Origin: an uncultured virus (IMG/VR IMGVR_UViG_3300024518_002726)
Lineage: Duplodnaviria > Heunggongvirae > Uroviricota > Caudoviricetes > Crassvirales
Reading direction: 5' to 3' (one strand)
Virus record (IMG/VR): IMGVR_UViG_3300024518_002726
Length of the DNA: 64,000 nt
Each line of letters begins with the position of its first letter. Within the stretch, counting starts at the first letter, position 1. Positions 34,422 to 45,400 of the stretch are shown one piece after another. Both the position numbers and the translations under genes were made by a program. The notes beneath the pieces are model-generated. The model saw nothing but the letters and a program-made list of their open reading frames with translations. It did not search any database and was not told the origin of the DNA.

Positions 34422-35360
34422 ATGTTTGCTTCAGGAAGTTTTGCTCTCTCAACAGGCGACAAATGTGAGGCGATCCTTGAGACGCTTGGTGATGCTATTC
34501 GGGATGCTGTTGGTAGTCCACTAACAGAGATAGTAGCTGGAGGATTTGCATCAGACTATGATGCTGCTCAAGCTAGAGATAATCATCACTATAGTTTTAC
34601 CCTTGATACTGATGGGGATACAGAGTTTATTCTCTCTCTTCGATCAGATCTAGATGGTATCTCTGCTGGATATACAGACGGTCTTGCTCTAAGTCTAACA
34701 GATTGGGCCACAGATTGGGCCACATTCTTTACTCCTCTAAATTGGGATTGGGACGGTGGGACTGATACTGGTGAAGAATGTCTTATTGGTATGAATGGGT
34801 TAACCTTAAATGCATCCTATGATGCTAGTACTGTTTATTGGTTTCTTCATTCTGATACTGATGATGGTATGCTATGTGTTGTACATGTTAATGCTGCTGG
34901 TAATGCACTTCATGGAGGAGGTTCAGTCTGGTGGAAATACATGACTACAGGAACATTGATACCCGGAAGCCAGATGATCAGAGAAATGGGAAGACCAATT
35001 ATAGCTTTTGGTTATCCTGTTGGTTATGTAGATAGTACTGGTTTAAATTTGGGTACAGATCAAGCTGCTTATGATGGCATCGGAGCGGTAAACGATCCAA
35101 CTTGGAATTGGTGGTTTCCTTTCTACTTTGATACAAATGTAGATAAAGACGGAAAGGTAATTACTGTAAATGCAATTATCAGCGGTGGTGGAACTAGCGG
35201 GCTTATAATGCCGGGTCCACAATATCTTAGAGGGATTGGTGCAGATGATATTGCTTTTTGGGGAACAAGAACGCTTGCAGATGGGAAAGAATATAGATGT
35301 ATAGCTCACAGAGCTAGTAACATAGCTCTCCTTATTGCTAATGAAGACATGGCAGCCTAG
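34422..35360 (+). CDS. Putative virion structural protein
   Basis: Acidic, G/T-rich; last gene before the convergent terminator. Confidence 0.6.
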   Translation: MFASGSFALSTGDKCEAILETLGDAIRDAVGSPLTEIVAGGFASDYDAAQARDNHHYSFTLDTDGDTEFILSLRSDLDGISAGYTDGLALSLTDWATDWATFFTPLNWDWDGGTDTGEECLIGMNGLTLNASYDASTVYWFLHSDTDDGMLCVVHVNAAGNALHGGGSVWWKYMTTGTLIPGSQMIREMGRPIIAFGYPVGYVDSTGLNLGTDQAAYDGIGAVNDPTWNWWFPFYFDTNVDKDGKVITVNAIISGGGTSGLIMPGPQYLRGIGADDIAFWGTRTLADGKEYRCIAHRASNIALLIANEDMAA

Positions 35361-35371
35361 ATAATTCCGCA

Positions 35372-35410
35372 CAAAGAAAAAGGGGAGTACACTATGTCTC
35401 CCCTTTTTTA
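35372..35410. terminator. Bidirectional Rho-independent terminator between convergent halves
   Basis: AAAGAAAAAGGGGAG-TACACTATGT-CTCCCCTTTTTT. Confidence 0.85.
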
Positions 35411-35427
35411 TTGCCGTAAAGGATCTA

Positions 35428-36726
35428 CTACTCTTCCCATAGATCAGGTGGCCCAAGCCATTCTTCCAATCTCTTAATAGCCTTTCTGTTTTCTTTAGCC
35501 ATTATAAGAGCCTCATCTTCTTCAGGAGGAGGTTCAGGCTGTTCTTCATACTTAGCTACAAAATGGGAATCTTCTGTTATTTCATTCCCTACTATAAACA
35601 TTATCTGTTGAGGCTTACTCGTTGGAAAGGGTTTGTTAAAGTCATTTCTTAGAACACCATTTACTTCCCAACCAGCAAAAGGAACACCTGAACTCTCTTC
35701 AGGACACCACAAAGAAATTAATTCTCCTTGATCGGCTTCATACTCAACTCCAACATAAGTCCAACTAGCATTTGCCTGATCACTCGCAATAAATATCTTA
35801 CTTAGCAAGTCACATGTAATCTTTGTCATAGGTATACTCCCATTCGAGTTTGTCCATCTTCTCATCTGTTCTCGTATTCTAGGAATAGCCGTTGGTACAA
35901 CTGTATCCCAGATTGATCTCACTGTAGTATCTCTAAACATAGCAGATCCTTCTGCCATATTATAGAACACAGTAGTTCTCATATTTCCACGAAAGAAATC
36001 TCTTATTCTACTAAAGGGAATACCTAGAGAGGACCATTTTGTACGTGAAAAAGCAATTCCTCCACCAGAAACTTCATTCCAAACACAGTCTGGTTCTCCT
36101 TTTCCTTTCCACATTGAGTCATAAGTCTCTGTTCCAGAGTTATCTTGAAATCCACCACACCCTTTGTTATCTATAGCATATTCACATACTACCTCTCCCT
36201 CTCCCATACATACTAGATGCTTTACTCTACTAGATTTCCAAGCATCTATTTGAATATTTACAAGATCTATACCATAAATATCAGCTTGTATCTCATTAGG
36301 AATTAGATTCGATTCATTTAAAATACCCCTACCTGAAAGTTCTATAATAAAGATACCGTATTCTTGTACTCGTTCTATTACTTCCTTATAGTCTTCTTTT
36401 ATCTCATTAATCTTTCTTTTTAACCAAGCTATAGCTTCAGGTTGTCTTATATCTAATATCTTCCAATCATTCCCATGACCATTTACAATGAAATGCGGAA
36501 TGTCATTTGGAATCTCAGATCTCCCAACAACATCATTGTATATCCATCTAAGACATACATGTAGTCGGTTTGGAATAGCCTCACTAACAACATACCTCTT
36601 CATTGAGTTTAAGAAAAAGCTATTCCCTCTAAAGAAATAATAGCCATAGAAGTTAGGACTATCTCCTATCTCTGCAAAGGTAGGGTGCTTGTTTGCTCCG
36701 AAAGCTAAGGGTATGTCAAAATTCAT
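35428..36726 (-). CDS. Hypothetical protein: possible enzyme domain plus C-terminal InlB B-repeat-like domain
   Basis: C-terminal GVPFAGWEVNG...FVAKYE, then a Pro-rich linker and coiled coil. Confidence 0.65.
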   Translation of the reverse strand: MNFDIPLAFGANKHPTFAEIGDSPNFYGYYFFRGNSFFLNSMKRYVVSEAIPNRLHVCLRWIYNDVVGRSEIPNDIPHFIVNGHGNDWKILDIRQPEAIAWLKRKINEIKEDYKEVIERVQEYGIFIIELSGRGILNESNLIPNEIQADIYGIDLVNIQIDAWKSSRVKHLVCMGEGEVVCEYAIDNKGCGGFQDNSGTETYDSMWKGKGEPDCVWNEVSGGGIAFSRTKWSSLGIPFSRIRDFFRGNMRTTVFYNMAEGSAMFRDTTVRSIWDTVVPTAIPRIREQMRRWTNSNGSIPMTKITCDLLSKIFIASDQANASWTYVGVEYEADQGELISLWCPEESSGVPFAGWEVNGVLRNDFNKPFPTSKPQQIMFIVGNEITEDSHFVAKYEEQPEPPPEEDEALIMAKENRKAIKRLEEWLGPPDLWEE

Positions 36727-36739
36727 TTGTAACAGTAGT

Positions 36740-38455
36740 TTATTTCTGGATTACCCCAAGTGATATATTAGAGATAGTTGCAGTACCCGCTGTACCACTT
36801 GCAACAAATCCAATAGACAACAGATCACCCGGAACAAAGTCAAAACTATTGCTCAAATCTGTCTGCCAACCAGTTCCGGTAGCAGCAAATGTAACGGTCA
36901 CTGTCTGATTCGCCCCGTTTTTTCGTAACGTCAACACGAGCGTACTATCAAGGGTGTTACTCGAACAATACACTTCAAAATTCTTAATCGTCCCATAAGT
37001 ACGAACTCTGTGCTGTGCTTCTACCTCAATTGACCTACCACTAGTAGCAAGAATCGAACTGTATTCAGTTACTCCGAAGGCTATCGGGTTCGCTACCTGA
37101 CCACCTAATATCTCCATCGGGTAATCCCCGATTGGACCAAGATCAAAAGGAATACCATCTTCTACAATAGCAGGATGAATAGCACGGCAAGCGTTACGAA
37201 AGTCTTCTTCTGACCAAGGATTATCTATAATGATAAACCCGTTCTTCATAGACTGCACATCATCATACAGCGCCCTTGCATAGGTAGCAGATTGTATCCA
37301 AGTACAAGCTCCTGCAGCATGGGTACAAGTCTCATAAAGCCCGTCCGCCTGAAGTGCATATCCAGTCAATGTACCATCAGTCTTCCATTCGGCATAGAGC
37401 ATAATCCATTGAGATGCCACACCCGCAGAAGGAAAGGTTGCAGTTTGTGAAGCAGGTACATCATTCCGAATGTTGATGAAGTGTTTACCTGCATTAAACC
37501 CTAGATAGGCGTATTTAGAGCCAGAAAGACCAAATCGAAAATGAGCATGAAGAGCCGCCGAGTCCACTCGACAGAGGCTAAAGTAACCTATAGAGGTTGC
37601 GCTTCCCCAACCAGCCACAATAGAATCAAAGTCAATTCGGTTAGTACCATTGTCTGTCCCGGTCTTGACTATTCCGTCTGTAGCATGATAATCTATTACT
37701 CCACTAGGGTCAGTGATATCGAACTCTGGCCCATAAGTATTGCCGAAGTCTGCGAATACCTTAGTTTCTCCACCTACCCAATCTTTACAAAGTGTGCCTG
37801 CTACGACCCCCTTAATTGGAAATTTGCTATATCTCCATTTCTCTCTAAGGGACAAGAGGGTTGTTTCTACGGATGTAACATTATGTGTAACTTGATTACT
37901 TTGTACATCGTGGGGATCATCAGTACGTACATCATGATCTCCATCTGTAACTTTCTCTAATTCTACTAGATTACTATGAACATGCTCTTTGCTGATTGCA
38001 TCGGCTATATCAGCCTCTGTTTGACTGTAAGTGTCAAGGAGAGCTTTATTGGCATGTTCGTGTTCCTTACTAATAGCATCTGCTATATCTGCTTCAGTCT
38101 GAGTATAAGTATCAAGAAGGGCTTTGTTACTGTGAGTGTGTCTATCTGTAGTATTTTGATCAAGATTTGTCTTATCTGTGGGGGTCATTACTCCATGAGT
38201 AGAACCAGTTGCAGGCTCTGCTTCAAGTTCTTGTCCAGATAATTTTAAACTTTCTGTAGTGGGAGCATCTGGAGACTTTAATGTAACAGCAGCATGGGAT
38301 GCAGTTCCTAAAGCATCAACAGTAGCATCTATTTCATCAATAGCTGCTTGAACCTTCTCAGCCGCTAGTCCAGAAGTAGTGTTATCGTAGTCTACCTCAT
38401 CTGCATCAATATTGACTACAGGACTTCCAAACTTATCTCCTTTAACGTGTGCCAT
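36740..38455 (-). CDS. Tail fibre or spike-like protein
   Basis: VDYDNTTSGLAAEKVQAAIDEI motif, HxH repeats and a beta-rich C-terminal half. Confidence 0.75.
   Translation of the reverse strand: MAHVKGDKFGSPVVNIDADEVDYDNTTSGLAAEKVQAAIDEIDATVDALGTASHAAVTLKSPDAPTTESLKLSGQELEAEPATGSTHGVMTPTDKTNLDQNTTDRHTHSNKALLDTYTQTEADIADAISKEHEHANKALLDTYSQTEADIADAISKEHVHSNLVELEKVTDGDHDVRTDDPHDVQSNQVTHNVTSVETTLLSLREKWRYSKFPIKGVVAGTLCKDWVGGETKVFADFGNTYGPEFDITDPSGVIDYHATDGIVKTGTDNGTNRIDFDSIVAGWGSATSIGYFSLCRVDSAALHAHFRFGLSGSKYAYLGFNAGKHFINIRNDVPASQTATFPSAGVASQWIMLYAEWKTDGTLTGYALQADGLYETCTHAAGACTWIQSATYARALYDDVQSMKNGFIIIDNPWSEEDFRNACRAIHPAIVEDGIPFDLGPIGDYPMEILGGQVANPIAFGVTEYSSILATSGRSIEVEAQHRVRTYGTIKNFEVYCSSNTLDSTLVLTLRKNGANQTVTVTFAATGTGWQTDLSNSFDFVPGDLLSIGFVASGTAGTATISNISLGVIQK
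37950..38141 (-). repeat. About 2.4 copies of a 78-nt (26-aa) coding repeat
   Basis: HTHSNKALLDTYTQTEADIADAISKE / HEHANKALLDTYSQTEADIADAISKE / HVHSN. Confidence 0.85.
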
Positions 38456-38841
38456 TAGAACATATACCCAAATACTTCAATTGTGGCATTTGCCGCACCA
38501 GTGGAACCAGTGATAACATCTATATCAAAAGATACACCTGCTGCAAATAGTGCAAGTAGAGCATTACTGTTTTCTATGATCCAGTACCCATCAGCAGAGG
38601 TCATAGACGAAAGATCGACTGTAGACTTGAAAAAGTCACCTCCAGATGTATCTCCGAAGTCATAGTCTGATCCTCCTGCAAGAGTAGCTGTATTAGATCT
38701 CACAACAATGTGAGTGACTACCATTGTAAAAGGAACAGGTGTAAGCGGTACTGTAAGTATCGACGTAGTTGCAACCGCTTGCATATCTACTACTACACTA
38801 CCTAATAGTGTAATAACATTCTCTCTAAGCTGTTGACTCAT
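38455..38841 (-). CDS. Putative small virion protein
   Basis: Beta-rich; coupled by TAATG. Confidence 0.65.
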   Translation of the reverse strand: MSQQLRENVITLLGSVVVDMQAVATTSILTVPLTPVPFTMVVTHIVVRSNTATLAGGSDYDFGDTSGGDFFKSTVDLSSMTSADGYWIIENSNALLALFAAGVSFDIDVITGSTGAANATIEVFGYMF

Positions 38842-39125
38842 CAGAAGTGTACCACTGGTTCATTTAGATGGAAAACGAAGTGTCCATTATGACACACCAT
38901 ATCGACAATGTGAGGTTCAGCATTCAATGCAGCTACCTGAGCTTCTAATATAACTACTCTAGCAGTCAGACCAACTCCACTAAAAGAAAGTTCTTTAATA
39001 ACCTGTCCAGTATCCCTAGATGATAGTTCTGTAGACTCAGATATAAAAGGCAGATCCTCACTGACTACAGCCCTATTGGGATTATAGTCATCCTCATGTC
39101 TTTTTGGTTTATATTTCTGAGCCAT
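38841..39125 (-). CDS. Hypothetical protein
   Basis: Coupled by TAATG and TGATG. Confidence 0.65.
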   Translation of the reverse strand: MAQKYKPKRHEDDYNPNRAVVSEDLPFISESTELSSRDTGQVIKELSFSGVGLTARVVILEAQVAALNAEPHIVDMVCHNGHFVFHLNEPVVHF

Positions 39126-42061
39126 TAGGTTGAGAAGTTTGTTATAGTATTACAGTTTGTAACTCCACATTGATCAGGAACATCAAAAGGACGTACTTTA
39201 GTCCAGAAGTCGGTAACTATATTTGCAGCCTGTGAAGGTCTTATATCATAAAACGTAGCTATTCTTCCTCCTCCATAATAATTGGCAAGATTATCTCTAT
39301 CCCCATATACACCTGTCTGTTTATATGTAGGAAGATTCAAAAACCTCTTGTTATAGTTGACGTTGATAAGACCTCTCTTTAATGCTACATAGATAGGAGA
39401 TAGAGCTGATATATTCCATACACTACCATTAGAAAACGTTGCTGGATCTCCCGGAGGTTGTGGGTTCTCAGGTAGAGCAGGATCTAATGCTGTATCTACA
39501 CCTGTTTTCCTTCTATCTAGAGCATAGTCAAGAAGAGGATCTCCTCCTGAACCAGATGCTGGAGTTCCCGGTGGATGATTTGCTTCAGTTATACTATATC
39601 CACCCATACCAGAGATATCCCATAGAACGTATGTCACGAGACCCTGAGCTTCACAGATGATCTTGAAAGCTACAGGATCACCTGCCATGTTAAATTGTTG
39701 ATCTGTGAATATATATCCCTGTGGATGACTATCTGGAATAACTCTAAACATCTCTATAATAACAATAATTCTTTGATTGATCTGAGACTGAGTTAGTCTA
39801 CCATCCTCAATCAAAATTCTCATTGCCGCTGCAAGATTGGTAACTTGTCCTCCAACTACAAACCACAACCGTCCTCCTGTTGTTGGATGAGCTTCTATAA
39901 GATCAGCATAAGCTACCGCTGCAACAGTCCTTGGAGGATTAGCCTCTGGATTTGTAGAGAGATCTCTGTCGAATGCAGGATTTTCATCATCACCATTCCC
40001 ACCTACAAGAGAGGCTGTATATCCATGATGTAAAGGGATAGTGGTATCGTTAAACCCTAACAAACACCTTGATCTATTTGCCACAAGATAGCTTCTACGT
40101 GCAGGATAGTTTTCATAATCAGAATGAGCAGGATTTGTATTTGGCATACCTAGTGCATCAGTATTCCATCCTATAACTCCTATAGCTTTAAGATCTATTT
40201 CAGGAGAACAGATAGTATAGGCCACACCGTAGGGACCATCTCCTTCATTGGCAGGATCATCATCATACACAACAGAAATTGATTCTGGCGTAGTTGGTCT
40301 TTCACAAATCGTTCCAACACCAGATACAAATATAGACTTTGTGGTTACATCAGTTTGACCATTTACATCTTCTACTCTAAGAGTTACAAGATATGTTCCT
40401 TTCTGTGGAAAGACATGGTTAAAGGCAATAGAATCAGCCTTTAAAGTTGTTGTACCGTCTCCAAAGTTCCATGTCCACTCAACTATAGCTGCATCTGTAA
40501 CTTGAGATGTATCATCAAACTCAACTGTAAGTCCAGATATGATTGTCCAATCGAAATCAGCAACAGGTGGTTCTCCTGTTGGTTCCGTACAACTAGTAGT
40601 ATTATATGTTACTATTTTAGTATCTTTACGACCAAGACTATCTGTTATAGTCAGTTCTATATCGTAACTACCAGTAGAGGTGTATTGGTGATTTGGATTC
40701 TGTTCGCCTCTACCTTCTACGACAGGACTCCCATCATCAAAGTCCCAAGACCAGTGGGATATACGAATAAGCTGTCCATCTTCATTTGTTCCCGGAGTAC
40801 TCTTATCTGCAAAACTAACAAGATAATTATCTCCACCCTCATCTTTACAGCTATTTATCTCAAAATCAGCATCAGGAGGAACTCCAGAAACAGGAGGATC
40901 TGAAACTGTGAGTTCTTTCTCATGTGTATATAGCACTCCCCCTGCTCCTGTTACCGTCAACTTGGTTTGATAGGTACCATTAGCAGTATAAGTATGAAGA
41001 GGATCGGAAGAAGCACCAGTATCAAGGGAACTACCATCTCCGTACTCCCAGAGCCAATTAGTTATGGTTCCGTTTGGATCTGCACTCTCATCGAAGAACT
41101 GATATTGTTTTCCAGATACATGTTCTATTCTATATTCAGGTACTGGAACTGGAGCTGGTACATCTGGAATAGTATCTACAGTTATCTGTTGTCTTGAAGT
41201 ATGTACTTGTCCAGCATCATCAGTTACAGAAAGGGATACAATATAACCTCCATTTGCAGAGTAGACATGAACTGGATTTGTACTTACTGAAAAGGTATCT
41301 GAATCACCATCCCCATAATCCCATACCCATTCTGCTATACTATTCTCAGCATCAGTACTATCATCTATGAATCTATATCCTCCGGGATCTTCTTGAGCTA
41401 TAGGTGTAAATATTGCAACAGGAGGAAGGTTGAGAGTAGTTACTGCAATAGCTTGCTGATCAGCATCTTCATTAGCATTATTATCTGTTACAGTAAGTTC
41501 AACATCCCTTGTAATAGAAAGTCTTGGGAACGTATAAGTAAAAGGACTACCATCTAGTAGTTTGTCTACTGTTGGATTACCATCATCGAAATCCCAGACT
41601 CTATTTATAATGTGGGCCTCTGGTGAGAAGCTCTGGTCTGTAAACTTTACTGTAGGAGGATCATCAGAAATCTGCTCGAAGGAGAAACCAGCAGTGGGGC
41701 CATAGTAAACCGTTACGGTTTTTGTGACGATATGTTGCCATCCGTAGTTTGTTGCTACAAATAATCTGGCCTGATAGCTGCCCCCTTTAACATAGTTATG
41801 AACAAAAGGATCAGAATCGGTTTTCTCCTCAAATACAGAACCATCTCCATAGTCCCACATCCAAACTGCTATTTCAGCATTAGGTGTAACTCCTGTAGGA
41901 TTAGAAATAGTAGACGTATCATCAAACTCTACGTTTCCACTACCTTGATCTGTCCAATCGAAATTGGCTGTAGGCTCTATATCAGGGTTGCTAAGAGTAT
42001 CAACGTTAGCATCTATAACGTCTATCTTAGCTATTATAGCATTCCAGAGAGCACTTGTCAT
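39125..42061 (-). CDS. Six PKD domains plus a C-terminal nucleoside-hydrolase-like domain; putative virion surface protein
   Basis: Six W.W[DNE][FY][GD]DG-type units; C-terminal VVYDDDPANEGDG, VVGGQVTNLAAAM and FNMAGDPVA. Confidence 0.8.
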   Translation of the reverse strand: MTSALWNAIIAKIDVIDANVDTLSNPDIEPTANFDWTDQGSGNVEFDDTSTISNPTGVTPNAEIAVWMWDYGDGSVFEEKTDSDPFVHNYVKGGSYQARLFVATNYGWQHIVTKTVTVYYGPTAGFSFEQISDDPPTVKFTDQSFSPEAHIINRVWDFDDGNPTVDKLLDGSPFTYTFPRLSITRDVELTVTDNNANEDADQQAIAVTTLNLPPVAIFTPIAQEDPGGYRFIDDSTDAENSIAEWVWDYGDGDSDTFSVSTNPVHVYSANGGYIVSLSVTDDAGQVHTSRQQITVDTIPDVPAPVPVPEYRIEHVSGKQYQFFDESADPNGTITNWLWEYGDGSSLDTGASSDPLHTYTANGTYQTKLTVTGAGGVLYTHEKELTVSDPPVSGVPPDADFEINSCKDEGGDNYLVSFADKSTPGTNEDGQLIRISHWSWDFDDGSPVVEGRGEQNPNHQYTSTGSYDIELTITDSLGRKDTKIVTYNTTSCTEPTGEPPVADFDWTIISGLTVEFDDTSQVTDAAIVEWTWNFGDGTTTLKADSIAFNHVFPQKGTYLVTLRVEDVNGQTDVTTKSIFVSGVGTICERPTTPESISVVYDDDPANEGDGPYGVAYTICSPEIDLKAIGVIGWNTDALGMPNTNPAHSDYENYPARRSYLVANRSRCLLGFNDTTIPLHHGYTASLVGGNGDDENPAFDRDLSTNPEANPPRTVAAVAYADLIEAHPTTGGRLWFVVGGQVTNLAAAMRILIEDGRLTQSQINQRIIVIIEMFRVIPDSHPQGYIFTDQQFNMAGDPVAFKIICEAQGLVTYVLWDISGMGGYSITEANHPPGTPASGSGGDPLLDYALDRRKTGVDTALDPALPENPQPPGDPATFSNGSVWNISALSPIYVALKRGLINVNYNKRFLNLPTYKQTGVYGDRDNLANYYGGGRIATFYDIRPSQAANIVTDFWTKVRPFDVPDQCGVTNCNTITNFST

Positions 42062-42062
42062 G

Positions 42063-42401
42063 TTACAATGGATCTAAGAGATCATCTACATTAGCATCTA
42101 TGACATCTAACTTATCGTTAATTGTATCATAAACACTATCAGCAGGAGGTGATGTATCAAAGTTAGCAGTGAAACTCAAAGCTTTAGGATCTCCACCCAT
42201 GACCATAGAGAAAGAGGGAGCAGCAATACTTGGGTCTGAAAGATAACCTGTATCTCCCAACCATCCAAGAAAAGTTTGTCCTGCTGGTGGCACTCCTGCA
42301 ATGATCGTTCCATTTTCAAAGTCTTCCAGTTCAGCACTTGAACCAAGACTCCTTCCAGTCACATAGATCTCACCACCAGATACTGTTACTAAGTTAGCCA
42401 T
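42063..42401 (-). CDS. Small InlB B-repeat-like domain protein
   Basis: PPAGQTFLGWLGD...SFSM...SFTANF. Confidence 0.65.
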   Translation of the reverse strand: MANLVTVSGGEIYVTGRSLGSSAELEDFENGTIIAGVPPAGQTFLGWLGDTGYLSDPSIAAPSFSMVMGGDPKALSFTANFDTSPPADSVYDTINDKLDVIDANVDDLLDPL

Positions 42402-45400
42402 TATCTATTCAGGTTTGAATAAGCAATCTTATCTTTTATATGAATCAAAGACTGTATAGCCCTGACTCCCGGTATGAGGTTTTGAAACTTCTTTCTTAAT
42501 TTCCATTGTCCTGCTCTACTTCCAGTTTGATAGGTTTCCATACCCTGCAAAGTACCTACACCCCAGATATCATGTAACAATTGTTCTCCAAACTCACTCA
42601 GAGCACCCGCAGCAGATACAACTACAGCAGGACTTCCTACTATATCAAGTAAAGCAGTAGGGTTATAGTACAGAGCAAGTTCAATTCTCATTCTATATGC
42701 TGTATAGTAAAAGACATTTCTCCACCAAGACTTTGCTTCTTCATCATCTTCTTCCAAGTCAAAGCCGTGTGAAAGTATGAATACTACAAAGGAAGACATT
42801 ACAGTAGCTACAGCGACTTCGAACCAACTCTTCAAGTAACTTGCTTTTTCTACATCGTCCAATTGCCTATATGCAGATACAACTGCCTTTCTATTTGCCC
42901 CATTCATAATAGTGAGAGGATTCCAAGACATGTCTCGAATAAGCTTTCTATGGAATCTAAGAGCAGTTATAAATATACCTTCAAAATTATCGCCAAGCTC
43001 ATTGTCAGCTATTGTAATATCTTTTTCCCACCAAGGAAGGTCTGATGAAGTTTTTCCTTTTGTGATACTATACGCCATACGTCTTCTTGCACCCTGCAAC
43101 ATCCACTTACGAAGCTGAAGTGCAAATCTACCCATTATATATCTTTCAATCTCAGACTTCGCTTGATGACCATAGTTACCATGTATTGTTGTATTCATAT
43201 GATGGACTCTTCTTCTGACAAAGTTTTCATTCTGCTCATTCCAATCCATATGTCTGTTATCAAGAGCAATTTTCTTTACCATAGGATTGATTTCTACATA
43301 CCCTTTATCATTCTTCTGGTATGCGTCAGCAAGAGTCATAGCATCTTTTTCACTTCCTACAACAGTACCGTCTTTATTTATATATTCTCCATTTTCATTT
43401 ATGATCTTTACTCTATTAAGCATAGCATACATATTCACACCTTGTATGAAATGCTCACCAGATGTATGAAATGCTAACATTGTAGAGGGTTCTATAACTC
43501 TTTTCAATCTGGTGTTTTCAGAGTACACATGTCTGGGACCACGAAAGTCCTTCATAGCATCAAACATAAGCATTAACTGATGTGTTCTAGAATCAGTTGT
43601 AGCATTTGTCCAATCCTTCCACATTTCAAACATATCTGCACTATACTGACCGAAGGCTTTTCTTAGATCTTTTCTCTTATAGTAACCTCCAGATATTGCT
43701 TCTACAGTGTTCAGAGCTTGACCATATATAAGGTTCTGAAAAGAGGCTACAGCGTGCGCACCTAAGTATAGATGAGATACATATCCTTGCAACGTATCCC
43801 ACATTTTAACATTGCTTTTGTCCTGCCTGTGTACTCCATAAAGTTGATCTAGAAGCATCACTTCAAAAGCCTCAGTAGCATTAGCTTCTGCTTTGGCTAG
43901 ATTCTTCTCATCTCCTGCTCTCTTTATACTAGTACCAACGTCTCTCATTTTTACCAGATCTCTAGCAGCTTCTAGATCTGGTGCTATCTCTACAAGATTT
44001 TGAAATCTCATAGTCATTTCAGCATTGGCAAGAAACATGGTAGCTACGTCATAACTTTGATGCTTCTCATCAATTTCTCCTGTATAGTAGATAGGTATAA
44101 ACCTATGAGTCTCACCTTCAAGGTCAAGTCTGAATAAACGTTCTGGATCACCAAATTCTATATCGTCTTTCCTTCTTCTAAGCTCATCCTTTGTCATCTC
44201 CCACATACCCTCTGCACCCTGAGCTTCTCCTGTTCTTTCCCAACCTTTCTTTCTTATACCCGGAAGACGACCATTGAGTTTTCTTCCTATTGGACGGAAC
44301 CTGTCGAACTCTGCCTGTCGCTTCATGATATACTCGTAAAGCTTTCTAGTTGAGTTACTTTCAGGGAGCGCCATCAGATCTTTATACTGCCTACTCAGCC
44401 ACTTTTCTTTTAGAGTATATTTTCCTTCTTGATATCTTGAGTTGGAATACCTTTTTAAGTCTTTAGGGACAAGCTTCCTGAATATAGGTAGAGGTACAGA
44501 GCTTTTAGGATTGTCAGGGTTCATCCTTACATGCGTAGCTTCATACCATAGGTTATACTCATCATCGGTTATTACACCATTCTTCTTATCCGATTGCATC
44601 TTGATAAGAGCATTCTGATATTCATCAGTTTGAGGATGGTCAGCTATTGCTTTAAGAGCTTTTCTCTGCTTAATCCCCATCTTTCCAAGAATCTTATTCC
44701 TCTCTTCATACAAGGTTTTAAGAGATTTAAGGAAGTCTACGGAAGTCTCTTGAGGATCTATATTTTCTCCGTGATATACAGCTATAATATTTGCTATTCT
44801 CTGATTTATTGCTTCAAGTTCTTTACTAGGTTTGCCAAATATTCCATCTAGTTTCTTGTACCATTCGTCTGTATAACGTCTTTCAAAGTTATCCTTAAAG
44901 AATAGCCTACGAATCTTTCCGGCTTCTAATTCTGTTATCTTTCCAGAATCAATTGTCTCATCTAGTTCCGCATAGAGCTTCCTCTGTATAGCTCGAAATT
45001 CACCCATTCGATACTCTTGCACAAAGTATTGGGTAAAAGTTCCAGTACTATCTACTTCAAGTATAGCTTTATAAAACTCCTTCTGATTTGAAACCTTACC
45101 TGAATCCCTCTCAAACTCCCTGAATATCTCAATAAACTCTTTCTCAAGAGGCCAGTATTCTCTGAGAGTATTATCTATAGCATGTTTATCAAGAAGCAAT
45201 TTTGAAAGCTGCATAATCTCATCAGTAGACTGATGATAGGGCATAGTCTTTCGCCAGAGATAGCTAACATCTCTAGGAAGATACTTTAATAAATCTTTTA
45301 TCTTTTTCTTTACTGCTTCATCTATCTCAGATTGGTGTTCAGCCATATATATAGGTATATGCTTCTCTAATAGCTGACTTGCCTGTGCTCTTGTAAGATG

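Noticed and set aside
34698..34724. 12-nt tandem repeat ACAGATTGGGCC
   Set aside because: It is a simple in-frame duplication (TDWA twice) with no further structure.
36740..42061. Diversity-generating retroelement targeting fibre genes
   Set aside because: No reverse transcriptase and no adenine-specific template/variable repeat pair were seen in the window.
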